Assembly: GCA_904063045.1 (NCBI GenBank)
Contig: CAJFCJ010000005.1
Location: forward strand, 1,007,988 to 1,071,987
Direction of reading: 5' to 3'
Origin: Dimorphilus gyrociliatus
Lineage: Eukaryota > Animalia > Annelida
Length of the DNA: 64,000 nt
A program made the position numbers and the translations under genes. Positions 41,045 through 52,985 of the stretch are shown here, piece after piece (position 1 is the first letter of the stretch; every line of letters begins with the position of its first letter). The notes beneath the pieces are model-generated. The model saw only the letters and a program-made list of their open reading frames with translations. It did no database searches and was not told the DNA's origin.

Positions 41045-44000
41045 TATTAATCCTTTCAAGCCTTTTAGTCTCTTGTAAACAAATTATAGAAACGCCAGAT
41101 AGTTTCTCAGATTTCTCGTGTAATAGAGAGCAGGGCACTTGTCCGGAAAACTGGTTTGAACTCAGGGACTTTTGCTCTAGAGATATCTATATAGAAAATA
41201 AAAATTTTCGAAAATCTTGGAAATCTGCAGAAGAATACTGCCAGTTATGGAATTCTACGCTGGCTACTTTCCAAACTAAACAAGAGGCAATAGAATATGC
41301 AAAATGTTATCTCTCGTAAGTACTTTTCTCTTAAAATTACTAATTCAAATTTCCTATGTAAAATTTTAAATTATGATTATGAGTCATTTTTCTATCGGTT
41401 GTATCATTAGGGATCATGATGATAGAAATTTCTGGATCGGTTTGAAAAAAGATCAAGGAACATGTAAAAAATTCAAATGGTTAAATGGCAATGAATTAGA
41501 GCAAGCAGAAGCTAATTGGGAGAGTGGTCAACCAAAAAACACTGAAGATGAACAATGTGTATACTCTTCCGTAAAAGGAGGTAAATGGATTGCTGATAAA
41601 TGTACTGTTGAATTGAATTGGTTGTGTAAAGCAAATAAAAGTTAGTAGACTGAAAAATTTTTAGCAAAAAGAAATGAAATGATTACTTTTTTCGATTAGC
41701 CTTTATTCAAGACCCTCAGCTCCCTAATATCCCAGGTAATTACCCTTTTAAATATTTTATAAAATTAACAAAACTTCAAATTTTACAAAATATTTTTAAA
41801 TGTAAAATATTAAGATGAACCATGCAACAACGACAAATACAAAGATTGGAAACTCTATGAAGATTTTTGTTACAAATTTCCAACTGCAAATTCCGAAAAG
41901 AAAACATGGATTGCTGCAAACGCAGAATGTAATAAAGATAAGGGCACTTTAGTTACCCTTTCTGGAAATCTAACTAGTACATCTATTTTCTTGAAAAATC
42001 ATCTAAAGAAAATTCCTCTGAATGACGTCAACATATGGATTGGAGCGAGATATCTAATTTCAGAAAAACTTGTGTTAGTAAATACAAACATGTATTGGAA
42101 AATGTGTAGATATATATCATATATTATTTGTGTGCTTAACTATCTATTAGATGGATAGACAATTCGAGCCTTGAGGAGGAAAACTTTGAAAATCCTGTGC
42201 CAGAACCTCGAGACGGATTTTGTGTTGTGACAAAGGCAAATTCAAGTATATAGATAAGCATTTACTTATTTTTTAAGGTTGCTATACTACTTTTTTATTT
42301 GGACAGAATCCGACATGAAATGGACAAATTATCATTGCTCAAATAAATATCATTATATTTGCAAAAGGAAAAAGGACGCAGCCAATGTACCACCGTCTCC
42401 TCCTCCTATTCCAACTACTGGATTTTGTCCACACAATTATATTGAATTTGATAATCTCTGTTATAATTTTGTTGAAACTCCAAAACCTTATGCTAAGGCC
42501 TCGCGTGAATGTTTGTTAGCTGGAATTCATTCTAGGGAACAACAAGGTCAGCAATAATTATCTTTAATTTTCTCGAAAAATAAACTTTTCCCTTGATATT
42601 GTTGACATTATTAGTATAAATAATTAATAACTTCTTGATTTTCTTCAATGACAGAGTTTATTACTAGCCATATCAGAGATCGTCATCATAGTAACGAACG
42701 CTTTTGGATAGGATTAGAGGAAGAAACCGCAAACAATTTCTGGTGGAAGGATAATACTGACTATGGATTCGAAAATTGGAATAAACCTGCGGGAGATAAC
42801 CTTCAAGAGGTCTTTATCGAATATCATTAGAAGTAAAAGTATAATAAAGTTTAATTTTAGATGAGATGCACTTCAGTTCTGACGGATTCATCCAGAGCTG
42901 GAAAATGGTTTGCGGGAAATTGCACAGAAAAACACTCAAGTATTTGCGTGCAACCTAAAGGGAATCACACTGAAGTAGAAAGCAATTGTCCTCCTAATAC
43001 CGTCAAATATATAGACTCATGCTATAGAATTGTTACAAACAGAAAACTTAAATGGGCAGAGGCTGAAGAGGATTGCAGAAAAACCAGAGAATCTTTTATA
43101 AATTCTCACTTGACATCCATAAATAGCGTATATGAGCAAAGCTTTTTTTACAATTTCGTAAAAAGTGCTCCAAATTCAAATTCTCTCTGGTTAGGATTAA
43201 CCGATACAGGGGTAAGTATCTTATACAGTACGTATGACATACGAAACATTGCATAAATTTAGACCTAGCTTTAACTAACTCTAATTCAAAATGTTGAGCA
43301 TGTATTGATTGTTTGTTATACAGCATAATGGTACTTTTAAATGGACCGACTATCGTCCTTTTCACTATAAAAACTGGAAGTCAGGTCAGCCTCATAAAGA
43401 TCGGGAGGGTTGTGCTTCTATTACTGAAGGTGAACAATGGAGTCATGAAAAGTGCGACGAGGAAAAAGGATTCATCTGCAAAATGAACAACAACAGTAAG
43501 TGAATTTTAAAATATAGAGTTTTAAAAATATACTATCGGATTTTCAGCTTATACGACTGTCCCTCCTCCAAATGGCAATTGTCCGAATATCTCTCCAGGA
43601 ACTACTTGGTTTGATTATAATGGAAACTGTTTGCTCTTCCAAATGACCGAAGATAAATCGGAAACCTTCTCCGATGCTCAATCAGAATGTAAAAAATTCG
43701 AAAGCCTCTTATTAAGTATTACGAGCAGGGAAGAAGATAATTATATCTTTGAGTTCATACGGCAGCATTCAGCAAAAAAGTATATTTGGTTAGGCTTAGA
43801 AAGGAATGACACTTGGAGATGGTTAAATGGCGATGAATTGAACTATACAAATTTTCGAAAAGACCACGAGAAGAAGGGAAGATACGCAACTATATCTAAA
43901 TCAGATGGAAAGTGGGAGACTTTTGATAAAGAACCTGAAAAACTACCTTATATTTGCGAAACGAAAGGATCATCCTCATCGCCAACCTCCCAACCAACCT

Positions 44001-44275
44001 CCCAACCAACCACCCAACCAAGCTCAAAACCGCCCACATCTAAGGTACCTCCAAAGAAAAGCTCAGGAATGAGTCCCGGTGGAAAAGCAGCAATTGCTTT
44101 GGTTGTATTACTAATATTGGCTTTATGTGTAGTAGCTTTCCTACAATACCGCTACAGTGATTCTCCTGAAATAAGAGACATGAAAAATACAAATTATTCA
44201 TCGCCAGCCCAAAACACTTTCAACAATCCTATTGGAGGAGATTTAGCTTTTGACGATCGTTATGCCGTACCATAA
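41045..44275 (+). CDS. Multi-C-type-lectin type I membrane receptor (mannose receptor/DEC-205-like; five CTLDs); start codon not resolved
   Basis: Five repeats with C-P-x-x-W...W(I/L)G(L/A)...W...(I/L)C patterns at about 41130-41640, 41815-42370, 42420-42960, 42990-43490 and 43570-43970. Then a (SQPT)n stalk, TM AAIALVVLLILALCVVAFL and tail FNNPI...FDDRY. About ten short introns. Confidence 0.85.
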
Positions 44276-45078
44276 GCATCTTTAATTTAATCAAATGAAC
44301 TACATTTATATATCACAAATTGAAAGCTATATTATCAATAATTAAAGTATATAATAACATTATCGTACAAAAGCTTTCAATTGACATGAATAACTTTTTT
44401 CCTATTGTATAGAATATATGCCAAAGAAGCCGTTCTATTTAACTGTAACAATATATAATCTTTATAAATGTACTGCACAAAAATATTTAATTGTTTTATT
44501 ATTTTAAAAAGCACGTTGAAAGGCGAATTTCGTCAATAAAACCCAAATTTAACCAGTGGTTGGTTATGTGTTTAAATATCGATATGTCTATTTTTAAAGG
44601 AAAGGATTTTTATATAACTATTATTTAAATATGGCAAATTGTTATGATTAAAGCTGTTATCTTATTCTTATTTGATGTCAAAAAAATAGATCAATATTTT
44701 AGGAATTGTTCAATAATTATCGGTGTAGTTTGATATTGAGATTAAAAATATGTTTTATTTAGCTGGATATCTAGAGTTTTAATTGGCTGATACAAAAGAA
44801 TAAAAATTAAATATAGTGCTATTTACTGACATGTATAACATTCAGTATGTTTAGAACATACTTTTACTTATCATTATTTTGCTATATATTTTTGTTTTAG
44901 TTGAGAATTTTTTAAATATACTATTTAACGTATTTCATTTTTTCAATTATTTACTTCCAATGGAATTTGTATATATCTCCTAAATACCAAACAAACAATT
45001 CAAACTGCCCCGATATTGACGTATTTTCGCTCCAAGCTTGGACACCGAGAGTTAAAAAAATAATTCTTTCTGAAAAAA

Positions 45079-47348
45079 ATGGCGGCTTTTCTATCTGATA
45101 ATTCTAAAGATCCTTTACTACGACATATTCCATTACCATTCAAAAATGATCTAGTAAGTCAGTTTAGAAAGTAAAAGAGTAGTCTTTAAAACTTTAATCA
45201 GATTCGGACATCAGTTCATGTAATCTTGATACTAACGTTTTTTTTAAATTTTCACTTAGTTCTTTGTTTTCGATAAGCAACTAAATCGTTAATGCTTTTC
45301 AATTTAGGTTTTGAATATCGGTAGAGCCGAAGACAATGATATTAAACTGCAAAATTCTCATCATATTTCAAGATACCATGCGAAATTAATCTGTCAAAAT
45401 GACGATTGGTATATTATGGATTGCAAGGTAAATTCGAATTTCATTCAACGACAAGTAGCATTATTGTGTAATAAGTTAAACTTTTTTGCCAACGAATAGT
45501 CTAGCCTTACATCAGCTAATTATACTATTACATATATATATTACTAACACAGTTTCGTAACAACATTCGAATAAAGTTACACAACTCAAGAATGATTCCT
45601 TTTTTTTTCAGAGTTCTAATGGTGTGTTTATTAATGATGTAAAAATCGAACCTGCTCAAAAAACTGCTCTAAGAGATGGTGATAGCATTATTTTCGATTA
45701 TCAACCAAACAAAAATCCACGTTATAGTTTCAGATATAAAAATGAAAGAGAAGGTTAATTTATAATATTTTCTCTGAGTAGAAATTATTATATCAAATTA
45801 AACATTTTTCATCTTATTTGTAGATGATCCTCCCGATCAAAATGTATTTAAGAAACCTCGTTTAAATAGACTAGTCAAATGTGATAAAGATGACGTAAAT
45901 ATGTCGCTTGGTTGCTTTAAAAAATATAAATATACATTTAAATTTTTCCTCATAAGGAAAAAGAAGCGGAGATAAAAATAGCGGAAGAATTAAAAAGAAA
46001 TGAACTTGAAGAGTTACGAAAGAAACTTGAAGAAAAGGAAAAACTATTAAAGGTTTTAACAATAATAGCATATATAGTATTTAAATGCATATGTAACTCT
46101 AAGTATTCTTATCAATAATATGCTTTTTAATAACTTATAAATAGGAAAAGGAGGAGGAAAATGCCCGCAAAGTTGCGGAGCAAATAAAACAACGCGAAAT
46201 TCAGTTCGAAGAAGAGAAGAAAAAGCTGTTAGAAGAAATGCAAATCGAGAAACAAAAATCTGGACAAGTTGTTGCTGAAGTTCAGCGTGAATACGAAGAA
46301 AAAATTAAAGTTTGTTCTATTGATTTATGAGGGAATCACATCAAACAATCTGTTTTATATTTTTTACTCTAACAGAAACAAGAGAAGATATTCACAAATG
46401 AGATGCAAGAGATTGAGAGTAAAAAAATTAAGAGTGAGCAAGAACTGCAGAAAACTATTGCAGAAACTAAGGAAAAATTTCAAAACGAAAAAGAATGTAT
46501 GAAAAAAACTTTGGAAGAGCAGATAGAAAATACTTCAAAGATGCACGAAAAGGAGAAAGAGGAATTGAAAGCCGAACAAAGTCGAATGAAGCAAGAATTA
46601 GAAGATGTTACGAAACGAATGACTGCCCAAGCATCGACATCAGACAGTAAAGATAAAATGATAGACTTAATGGAGGAGGAACTCATTTGCTCAATTTGTT
46701 CGGAACTTTTTATTTGTGTACGACATCACTTACCCTCTTTTTAACTGTTAATGTTTACTAACGTTGATAATTTTTCAGCCTATGTCTCTTCAATGTACTC
46801 ATACTTTTTGCGCCTTATGTATTCATCAATGGATAAAAAGAAAAAACGAATGTCCTCAATGTCGGAATCCGATTACTTCAAAGGTATAGCTTTCTAAAAT
46901 GTCTATTGAATCTGCAATAGGTAGTCTTTACGAAAGCTTTCAAACGATTTCTTTTATAGAAACTATGTTTATATTTATACTTATAGATATTTATATTGTA
47001 TATGTTTTTATCATTTCTTTTTTAACCAAAGGCTAACTCACTTGCTATGCAAAATTACATTGACAAAGCCGTCACACTATTATCACCAGAGATGAGAGAG
47101 CGAAGAAGACGTCTCTTAATCGAAAGACGAGGTTGGAAAATTATTACTTAGCAGATTTTTTCTCTAATATAAAAAGTTGTTTTTTTTTTATTTGTACAGA
47201 GGAAACGGAAAAATTCAATCGACAAAATTCAGGAAGAGGTCGAACAAGAGCGAGTAGTAGAAATACTGTTGTGTATATTGCTCCAAGACATAATGCAGTC
47301 CAAGAAGTAATTGAAATAAGGCCAAGACCATCTAGAACACAAGTATGA
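45079..47348 (+). CDS. RNF8: E3 ubiquitin ligase RNF8-like (FHA, coiled coil, C3HC4 RING)
   Basis: FHA: IGRAEDNDI...ISRYHA...DCKSSNGVFIN. E/K-rich coiled-coil exons. RING: EELICSICSELFICPMSLQCTHTFCALCIHQWIKRKNECPQCR. ATG at 45079, stop at 47348. Confidence 0.9.
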
Positions 47349-48560
47349 TGACACAGTCAATTAATTACACTGTAACAATTTTTTTAAAAACTTATTGGAC
47401 AAAGAAACATTTTAATCAAGAATAAATCGTTTGGAAAAAAATCAAGATAAACTACGATTCGTATTGACATAATAATATATAATAATATATTTTAATTGTT
47501 TTTACATTAAAAAAAAAAAAGCATGCCATTTCTCATTCAGAAAAAATCTAATTTGAATAAATCTAAAAAATTGAAAATGCATGAAACTTTTATTGCAACT
47601 TGATATATTTTTTTTAAAAAAAATGTTTGAAGTAGATTACTATTACATAAAAAAAACACTTTTAATGAAAATTAACTTTTAATTTGTTTTCTACAGTTTA
47701 TCGATTTGACGCAAACGCCAAGACCTCGATTTGCTGTGCGGAGGGGAAGGGCTCGAGACGGACGCAATTAGTTACTGCTCTTGATCTATTTAATGGACTG
47801 GGTTATAAACTTCTTATTATCTTAAAAATAAACAGTTCCCTGTTTTTAAAACGTAATCGACCTACAAAGCGATAAAGTACTTACCCTATTCACTTGTAAA
47901 CTTCTCAACTGCTAATGAGATATAGAAAATTCTAAGAGTACTGTGTAAAATAAAATTTTACAAACTTATCGTTGAAGCATCTTTCAATGAACTTTCATGC
48001 TAAGACAATGATTTAAAGTATCTCTTTTAGAAGAAGATAATTTTTATTCTGGTACAATGTCACCTTAAACCTCTTTTTCTTACCAGAAAATATCTTTCAA
48101 AAGTATTAATAAAATGTTGAATTTGAAATTAAGCAATACCATCGCTAACATAATTAGATATGATTATCCTAATAAGTAAGTATATATTAATGTTAATATT
48201 GCCTTTAAGTGAGAACGGAATTCCTGATCAAATAAAAGTAATTAAAGGTTTGGTCGCTATATAATTTATTTTTGGCTTTGTTCCTGTTGTAGACCAATTT
48301 TTTAAAAAGTTTAACAATCTTAGATATCGGTTAACGTATGATAAAAAAAAAACTCATCAAGATATAAAGAAAATTGATTGCAACCCACGCGGATGATCGA
48401 CGGAAAAGCTACGGATACTACTATTATTCTCTTTTTGGAGACATCTACAAGAAACATATATAAATACTGCGCATGTACACTCTATGTTCTGACTTTTCGT
48501 ATCCAACTACTTTAGCATCTATTAAGCATACTTTAGATTAGAGATTCAGAAGAGAGCAAC

Positions 48561-48821
48561 ATGTTGTCTTGTGGTAAAGCTTTATTCTTGGCCTTTCTCG
48601 TCGCTCCACTTTTGAACGCCCTTCCACATAAGCAAAACAAAGAAATAAAGAGCGAACGTAATCTTTTACTAAAACTACAACAGCTAATTTTAATAAAACC
48701 GGCTCTGGATTTTTTTGCAATCTGCGGCAAATTGAATATGGACTCTAAACTTTGTAATAAAATTATCCATATTCTCAAACAATTGGAAAGGAACAAGATC
48801 CGAAACGTCAGGACTACGTGA
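48561..48821 (+). CDS. Putative small secreted protein (86 aa, basic, two Cys)
   Basis: Signal-peptide-like MLSCGKALFLAFLVAPLLNA, CAAC-ATG start context, TATATAAATA ~100 bp upstream. No family recognised. Confidence 0.45.
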   Translation: MLSCGKALFLAFLVAPLLNALPHKQNKEIKSERNLLLKLQQLILIKPALDFFAICGKLNMDSKLCNKIIHILKQLERNKIRNVRTT

Positions 48822-48983
48822 CTGTCTACCGTTTTAAAATTCGACTGTAGTGTTTTGAAGTGTTAAGTATCTGTATTTCCCTGCAGCACGTGCCGTAACA
48901 ATTAGCTATTTTGTCAATATCATGATATAGAATACAAGCAAAAATTGAAAATGAACCAGCTGTGTATATTCTAAATATTAAAT

Positions 48984-50140
48984 TTAACACGGATAAACTA
49001 CGTTTTTACTTTGAATCTCTTCACCACATTGAGGACAAACATCTATATTTTCAGCGCATTTACTACAATATATTAATTCTGAACATGGAAGGAAGATTGT
49101 GGTTCTATCATTCGTATGACATTTTTTACATTTTTTCTTCTCCTCTTCTAGTTGCACACTTTTTTCTAATTTTTCCTTTAAGTTGGCCATCTTCTTCTTT
49201 TTTCTATTTTTGCGCTTTTTGTTTCTCCTACGTTTCAATGTGCTTTCATTCTTTCCTTTACTAGTAGACTCAACGCAATGATTAAGATTTTCCTGTTCAA
49301 TTACAATTTCCTTTTTGTCATTTTCATCCACTCTTTCATTTTGTTCTGTAGTTGAATCTACGCCATTTTCATTGATTTTTTCTTCCATAATTTCTACTTT
49401 AGTTTCGAATTTTTCTATTTTGTTGGCGTTTTCAATGAATTCCCTTCCTTTCTCTTTCAACAAAAATTCACAATCAAATCCCGATAATTTAGCATGAAGT
49501 TTCCATACGTCGCCAATTATGTAGTCAATATTGACACTTTTAAAACACCAGAAACATATTACTGACTGATTTGGCCCTGAAGAAGATACATGTATTTATA
49601 TATTGTTGCTGTACGAATGGTTATGAAAAAGACTCACGTTTGACTAAGAATCCTGCTTTAGATAAATCTAACGGTTTGATAAGAGCTGAATCTGGCCAGT
49701 TATTATAAAATGTTTTCAATCTATCTTCCAAATTATCCTTATTAGTTGTTAGTAATTGAGGAGAATCTTTCAGCCCTATATCTAGAAATTCCTCAGAAAG
49801 AAATTCTAATACTTGCTTATCATTCTCAGAATGTTTCACTGTAACCAGAACTGATTCTTCACTGTTAGATGAACAATTGGAAAACCGTCTCTCTCGCTCA
49901 ATCATATGATCTTGATTCGGATTACAATTGTTGTCAGGATTGTCTGCATCAGACTGAACATTCTCCAAATTGCCTATAGCGGTTGTATGACATAAAATTT
50001 TCGCACATTTTATGACTTACTAATTCACCTGTCCCCAGATGTTCAACCAGAAATGGTCGTACTGGAATAGCGATAATTTCTACATTACTGGTTACGGTCA
50101 TGATTGTCCGAAGTTTCTCAACTAAAAGCCCAGCTGGCAT
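48984..50140 (-). CDS. Inhibitor-of-apoptosis-like protein: one BIR plus C-terminal RING (~346 aa)
   Basis: Exons 50029-50140, 49638-49973, 48984-49576 join in frame. BIR: RLKTFYNNWP...LSKAGF...CFWC-x16-H-x7-CEFLLKEKGREFI. RING: CKKC...IFLPCSELIYCSKCA...CPQC. Confidence 0.85.
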
Positions 50141-50391
50141 TGAATTCTAATATCCACTCATTTCGAAAGTAGAAAATACAGTGACTCATAGATTAAAATG
50201 AATTTTCGCTGGTTACTAGCTACGTTTTAAACAGAAAAAAACTTTTGCAGCATGCTGTGTATTTTCTAATTGGTAAAACGAAATATTTTAGGAAAAAGAA
50301 GAACTCAAACGAGAGGTGAAACATTTGTTTTACTACTAAATACATCAAAGCACAAATATGTATATTTTATTTTCCTCTAAAAATTTTTTAG

Positions 50392-52637
50392 CTATTCATC
50401 CTTATTCCAATCTTTCCATTCCCATTTGAGGACAAGACCAGATTGTTGTGGAATTCCAGCTAATTTTAGATCTACTTCGTCTCCAACTTTCTTCTCGCTG
50501 TTTTCCGTTGCAATTACAACAGTTGCCTTATCAGGTAATTGTTTGTTCTCTTGCTTAAGATTTATTGTTGCACGATGTTTAGGATCAATGTTGATAATAA
50601 CCACATATCCAGCGAAGCCAGTTGCTTGTCTAATAAAGACAATTACTTTATGATTTTCTGTTGCCTCTAATGTTATGGGACCCCATTGGAATGATGGTTC
50701 CTTTCTTATGTTTGCTAATTCCTGAAAGAATTTTAAAGGTGCTTTCTTCGCGGCCAATTGACAAGCCACACATTTTATCGAAATAGAGGCAGGTTCAATC
50801 TCTAACCATGGTTTTCCTTTCGTGAAACCACCATTAACTGTATCTTCCCACATCATTGGTGCTCTAAACTTATCTCTCTTCATATATTTATCTTTCTCAT
50901 TAGCTATGTTTGAATTCGTCATAGCCAGTTCATTTCCATAATAGACAATGCTGGTGCCTTTGAGCAATAAGCTTAGCACACTGCGGAGCTGCCAGATTGC
51001 AACATCATTCCCAAATCTGGAAGTATCTTCATTTCCTACATTCCAAGTTGGCCATCGCGAGTCAGTTTGATTTAAAGTTTTCTCGATTTTTTCAAATAGA
51101 TCTGCTTTAGAAGATGGCTGAGATTCTTGATATTCTAAGTTCAACGAATCAACCAAATTGACACCGCTCTCAAACAACTTGTTAACTTGTTCGTCAGAAG
51201 TTTCGACTTTTCCCAAATCAGCAATAAGAACTTTATCATCGTAAGTATTTAAAATTTTACTAATTTTCTTAAGAAATGTATAAGTTCCTTCAGTCAAGAT
51301 GCGATTCTCTTCTGTAATAGTTGCGTTACCCTCTACTAAATAAGCTGAGTGTGGTATACGGATTCCGTCAATACCAAGATCCAACCATTTCTTCAATGAA
51401 GTCTAAACAAACATACACAAATAACATTAATTACACATAATAATATATTAGAATGGAATAATATTTTCGTACCTCCACATATGAGAATACATCCTTATCC
51501 TCTAAAGCGAGATCAAGATGATCGGCACTTAAAGTACTATAATAGTAAGTATTATCTATTTTATTCCAGCTGTCCTTTTTGTATAATGATTCTAGGTTGC
51601 TTGGCTGGCTCGACCTCGAAACAAACTTGCTGGCTTCAGTCCATCGACCGCTGTCCTTATCGATATTATTCACGACGAAATCTAACACAACTTTGATGTT
51701 TTTTCCGTGAGCTTTCTTAATGAGAGATTTAAAATCCTCTGTTTTTCCAAATACCTCTTCATTTAGACTGTCAAGAGCCGTAACGTCAAAGCCAAGATCG
51801 TTGTATTTAGATTTGAAGATAGGTGTTAGAATAATTGCGTCAGAATGTACTTCATCGTGGATGTATGGGATCTTTGATTCCAAACCTTTACAAATAATTA
51901 ATGAAAAGATGAGAAAATATTAATTAAAGAAGAAAGAGATTTTTCTGATAAATAATTATAAATAGCAGGCGGGTTGTGACAGCTTTTGTAAAAAGGCCGA
52001 AAAGCTGTCACTATGTACAATCTGATGAAACTTTTTTTCAATTTTAAACCTCATTGTGTTTGGCATAATTAAAAAAATGAAATTTAAATTGAAATCTTTC
52101 GCTTAGGCCTTTTTTTTTTACAAATTTTTTTGCACTTAGCTATAGGATTACGATAAAGTACAATAGAATACAATACAAGGGCAATCCTCATTGTGACAAG
52201 TAATATTACACTCGCTAACCTTTGAAATCTCCATTTCCATCGCCATTACTATCTAGAAAAGTTCTTGGGCAAACTCTGTAAAATAAACTCTTTTGCCACC
52301 ATTTAAGTTTGGGTCGTTCTGGGCATTTTGGTGCCACGACAATAATGAGAATGGCAGCCAAGAGCATAGCAATCCAGGCAGCCCAAAATGCTATGAAAAG
52401 AATTAGCCTAACTTTCCTCCAGAAGGGATCATTAGCAAAATGTTGAAGTTCCTCTTTCGACAAGCCACAAAAGTCTGCTTGTTTCTCATTGGGATCTGTG
52501 ATCTTGACAGTTTCCCCGCCATTGACGGCTGATTTCTCATGATCTACAGTTGCTTCATTCGATGCCTCTGCACTCTTCAGAGCAATCTTCTCCTCACTCT
52601 TGTAACATCCCTTCTCAGCGTCTTTTTGATCTGACAT
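50392..52637 (-). CDS. SLC3A2: SLC3 heteromeric amino-acid transporter heavy chain (CD98hc/rBAT-like), inactive GH13 fold (~613 aa)
   Basis: Exons 52220-52637, 51473-51885, 50392-51402. SLC3A N-terminal motif GLSKEEL...DPFWRKVR...FWAAWIAML...APKC, then DSNGDGNGDFKG. The GH13 nucleophile motif reads DGIRIPH (Asp lost) and GNHD reads GNED. Confidence 0.9.
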
Positions 52638-52707
52638 TTTCGAATAGAAGAACTTTCAAGAATGCCGTTCGGAAACTCGCTTTTCTGATGCAAGAGAAGA
52701 TAATGCG

Positions 52708-52920
52708 GTCACGTGACGGCCACGTGCTACAAAAAGTGTAGGAGGAAAAGGCGTTGGGGTACTTGTCTTTCGTAAAACAAAATTGCTAAGATTCTCCTTG
52801 AAAATATTTTCTAAATAAATAAATGATTTTAAAGAGAGTCTTGATGTAGATAAGGTAAAATATAAATTGATGTTGAAGTCCATTTACTGCGATACACTAT
52901 TTCCGGTTGAATCACGTGAT
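52708..52920. promoter_or_regulatory. Bidirectional promoter of SLC3A and USPL1 with three CACGTG E-boxes
   Basis: Divergent ATGs 348 bp apart. GTCACGTGAC 52708-52717, CACGTG 52721-52726, ATCACGTGAT 52911-52920. Confidence 0.55.
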
Positions 52921-52985
52921 CGACCGCATGTTGAACGTACCAATAACGTCGAGAAAACGATTTAATATCGTTCCGAGCTTTCCTA

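Noticed and set aside
47708-47770. GC-rich island with GGGAAGGGCTCGAGAC, resembling RNase P RNA CR-I
   Set aside because: The motif has an extra base, the island is only ~60 nt, and the surrounding AT-rich DNA cannot form the P4 and other helices; more likely a cis-element.
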